Below are positions 60,779-64,000 of a stretch of DNA of 64,000 nt, in pieces. The notes under the pieces are model-generated. The model worked only from the letters and a program-made list of their open reading frames with translations, was not told the origin of the DNA and made no database searches. Origin of the DNA: Chrysemys picta bellii (Eukaryota); contig NC_088791.1 in NCBI RefSeq assembly GCF_011386835.1, forward strand, positions 357,120,001 to 357,184,000. Reading direction: 5' to 3'. Within the stretch, counting starts at the first letter, position 1. Each line of letters begins with the position of its first letter. The position numbers were made by a program, and so were the translations under genes.

Positions 60779-62954
60779 AGTGTTTATTCTGTTCATTCTC
60801 TTATTATAACTCGCAGTGCTAATCATTTGTCCTTGGAATATGTCTGGCTTCAGCTTCCAGCCATTTGGTCTTGCTCTGCCTTTCTCTGCTAGATTAAAGA
60901 GCCCATTAAAACCCACATTGTTCTTCTCATTAACGTCTCCCTTGATCCTCTTTTTGATAACAGAAGTAGGTGTAACTCTTTAACTCTCTCACTATCAGGC
61001 TTTTTGTCCATCCTCAAAGCTTTTTTGTGGCTCTTTTTTGCACTCTCTCCCAATTTTTCAACATCCTTTTTAAAGGTGAACCCCAGAATTAGATGTAGTT
61101 GCTTTGCACCAATACTGTGTGCAGAGCTATAATCCTCCCCCTGTTCCAACCCACCAATCTCCTGTTTATGCATCCAAGGATCACATCACCCTTTTCACCA
61201 CAGCATCGCACTGAGAGCTCATGATATGTTGGTTGTCCACAGTGACGCCAAAACCCTACTCAAGGCCCCTCTGTCCCATAGTCTGGGGGGTTGGGCCTGC
61301 ATTCCCTGTTAAAAGTTGATAACTTTTCTTTTGGCTGTATTAAAATGCTCCAGATCAATCGGTGTGCCTGCCCTGGCTGCCTCATTGTAACTGCCCTGCC
61401 AGTCTTTGGGTCGTCTGCAAATTTTATCTGCCGTGATTGTCTATTTCCTTCCAGATCACTGATTGAAATATTCGATAGCATCGGGCCCTTTTTCATATTT
61501 TTGGGGCTCTGCTGCTGCCTGATTGTGTGCTTCTGCTTCCAAACGAGAAGTGTGGTTGATTGGTCAGTTCGTAACGCTGATGTTCGTTACTCTAAGGTTC
61601 CATTATACATGCTCTTTAACAGCTTCCTTGACTGCTAATGGACTGGAAAGTATTTCATCACCTCATGTGATATCTGTACATCATAACACTTCTTTCCAAA
61701 TGCAGAACAAAACTATACTGTGAATACATCTGCCTTTTCTGCAACTTTAACAAGTTTCTTTTCGCCCACTAGGAATTGGCTTAAACCTTTTCTAGAATTT
61801 ATTTTTCCTCAATGTTTTTTATGCCCCAATCAGTGTTCATACCTACCAATATGTATTGCTTCCATCTATTTTCCCTTTATCCCATTAGTTCTATATGGCT
61901 TTCCCCCCTATTATTGCTACCTTCACTTAGCCACTGAACTGGCTTTCTAGCCAAAATTGGGCACTTTTTGTGTCTGGAATCGAGGATTGTTAGCTATCTA
62001 ATGAACTCTTCTTAAAGAACTCCCAATTTTTATTCTCATTTCCCTGTCTGTATTTTTTCCTCCCAATCAGTTTAGCTGATAATTTGCCCCAGCTTTGGGG
62101 AATTAGCCCATTTGTAGTAATAAGTGCCAATAGATATCGCTGGTTGGGAACTGTTCTCTGTTTGTCCATTTTAATATAATCAGTTCCGTTCTTTATTTTT
62201 CTCTCATCGATCATATGCTCCCTTTTCTGCCTCTTCTCTAAATTAAATAGTCCCTGACTTTTTATTCTGTCCATATATGGCAACCTCCCCCATTCTCATA
62301 CCCTGCCACAGAACCCCCCATTTTATTTGCTATGTTCTTTATAGAGACTGGGTGACCAAAACTGAGCGTGTGTCCAGAGCAGGCTATTCTCCACCATATT
62401 CCTTTGACATCTGAACATTATCTTTGTTTTAGCCACTGCTGTGAATGAGCAGGTGTTTCCATGGAGCTGCTAGCAAGGATTAACATGTTTTTTTTTTCCC
62501 TGTGGTGTGTAGCACTTTGGAGGTTTCCCCCGGAACATGTCTTGGCAAAGGTTTGGATTTCTTTCATTCTCAGATTTTGAGCAACTGGGGGAATGGGAAA
62601 ATCCCTACAGCATAGACCCTCTAGCCTGGGTTTCATTGCATTTCCTGCTGATGCCTATTAATGTTACCCACGCCAGAATTTGTAGGAATTATTGATGCAC
62701 GGAACATTATAATATATGGAATAGGCACTAGTAGGGTCAGTTGTTTATAATTAATTTCCCTGAATTATGAAAACACCATTTATCAGTGTGTGTAGAGTGA
62801 CAAAACTGCTTCACCCATGAGAACACCTCCAGGAGTTCATGTAGTGTCACATTGTCTCTCCATGCAGGAATTTTGACTGTGACCATCACCCTAGAGCTTG
62901 GGCAGATAGGAGACACGGTTCTGCCTCAGAGTTGGACACCTTCTCCACTACTCC

Positions 62955-63959
62955 ATGTCAGATTCCAACACAACCGACTTCACCAACCCCTCCACCTTCA
63001 TCCTGCTGGGCATTCCTGGCCTGGAGGCAGCTCATGTCTGGATCTCCATCCCCTTCTTCACCATGTACATCATAGCCATTTTGGGGAACTTCACCATCCT
63101 GTTCATTGTGAAGATGGACCCGAGCCTCCATGGGCCCATGTACTATTTCCTCTGCATGCTGGCCATCACTGACCTGGTCCTGTCTACGTCCATCATGCCC
63201 AAGACTCTGAGCATCTTCTGGTTCAATTCCAGGGAGATCGATTTTAGTGCCTGCCTCACCCAGATGTACATCATCCACTGCTTCTCATCGATGGAGTCTG
63301 GAATCTTTCTGGCCATGGCTTTTGATCGTTATGTGGCCATCTGTGATCCCCTGAGACATTCCACCATCCTGACAAACCATGTGGTAGCCAAGATCGGCCT
63401 AGCTGTGGTGCTGCGTGGTGGCCTGCTTGTACTTCCCCATCCCTTCCTGGTGAGGCAATGGCCATATTGCAGAACCAACATCATCCCCCACACATACTGT
63501 GAGCACATAGCTGTGGTGAAACTGGCCTGCGCAGACATCCGAATCAGTAGTTACTACAGCCTCTCTGTGACATTCTTGGTGACTGGTGTGGATGTGTTTT
63601 TTATTGCCATGTCCTATACCCAGATCCTCAGTGCCATCTTCTGCCTCCCCACAAGGAACGTCCGGCTCAAAACTTTTGGGACCTGCAGCTCCCACCTCTG
63701 TGTCATCTTAGCCTTTTACATACCAGCTCTCTTCTCCTTCATCACGCACCGGTTTGGCCACAATGTGCCCCTGTATTTCCACATTCTCATTGCCAATGTG
63801 TACCTCCTGGTGCCCCCCATGCTCAACCCCATCATCTACGGGGTGAGGACCAAACAGATCCGGGACAGGCTGCCCCAGAGCTGGCTGGTGACATGGTGCA
63901 GGACCCTCTTCCCTGAATCACGGACTGAACAGTCAAAGAGACATTCAGCCCTTTCTTAG
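62955..63959 (+). CDS. Class I olfactory receptor, OR52-like (unit D), 334 aa with a read-through C-terminus
   Basis: LHGPMYYFL, MAFDRYVAIC, HTYCEHIAVVKLAC, TCSSHL, HRFG and PMLNPIIYG are all intact. The last 28 aa derive from former 3'UTR. Confidence 0.92.
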   Translation: MSDSNTTDFTNPSTFILLGIPGLEAAHVWISIPFFTMYIIAILGNFTILFIVKMDPSLHGPMYYFLCMLAITDLVLSTSIMPKTLSIFWFNSREIDFSACLTQMYIIHCFSSMESGIFLAMAFDRYVAICDPLRHSTILTNHVVAKIGLAVVLRGGLLVLPHPFLVRQWPYCRTNIIPHTYCEHIAVVKLACADIRISSYYSLSVTFLVTGVDVFFIAMSYTQILSAIFCLPTRNVRLKTFGTCSSHLCVILAFYIPALFSFITHRFGHNVPLYFHILIANVYLLVPPMLNPIIYGVRTKQIRDRLPQSWLVTWCRTLFPESRTEQSKRHSALS

Positions 63960-64000
63960 CCTTACTGTGCTGTGTAATAGTGATAAACTGGGGAATCGGA

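Overview
Vertebrate genomic DNA, most likely a turtle. This is inferred from a tortoise-type tRNA/CR1 SINE, PsCR1-like LINEs, abundant Harbinger MITEs and OR52-like genes. The window is part of a class I (OR52-like) olfactory receptor cluster: three complete single-exon OR ORFs (B 22254-23201 minus; C 42901-43848 plus; D 62955-63959 plus) and the first codons of a fourth (A) running off the left edge. Each OR sits in a copy of a shared duplication unit. The four copies form an old, insertion-riddled mirror (A<-, B<- | ->C, ->D) with its axis near 34.2 kb; sequence markers pair A with D and B with C. Every unit carries the same candidate promoter/5' non-coding exon block (homeodomain site, TATA, O/E site, splice donor) 4-6.5 kb upstream and a conserved splice acceptor before the ATG. 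The remainder is mostly transposons, often nested: several CR1 subfamilies, L2, a Tx1-like LINE, solo LTRs with clean TSDs, a Tc1/mariner-type MITE, a SINE, and Penelope terminal repeats containing hammerhead-ribozyme motifs. One apparently intact 4854-bp PIF/Harbinger transposon (51697-56550) has 16-bp TIRs, a TAG target duplication confirmed by an empty paralogous site, an intact 427-aa DDE transposase and a spliceable 350-aa Myb/SANT gene. All comparisons were made by eye with no database search, and fragment boundaries are approximate unless a TSD is given.
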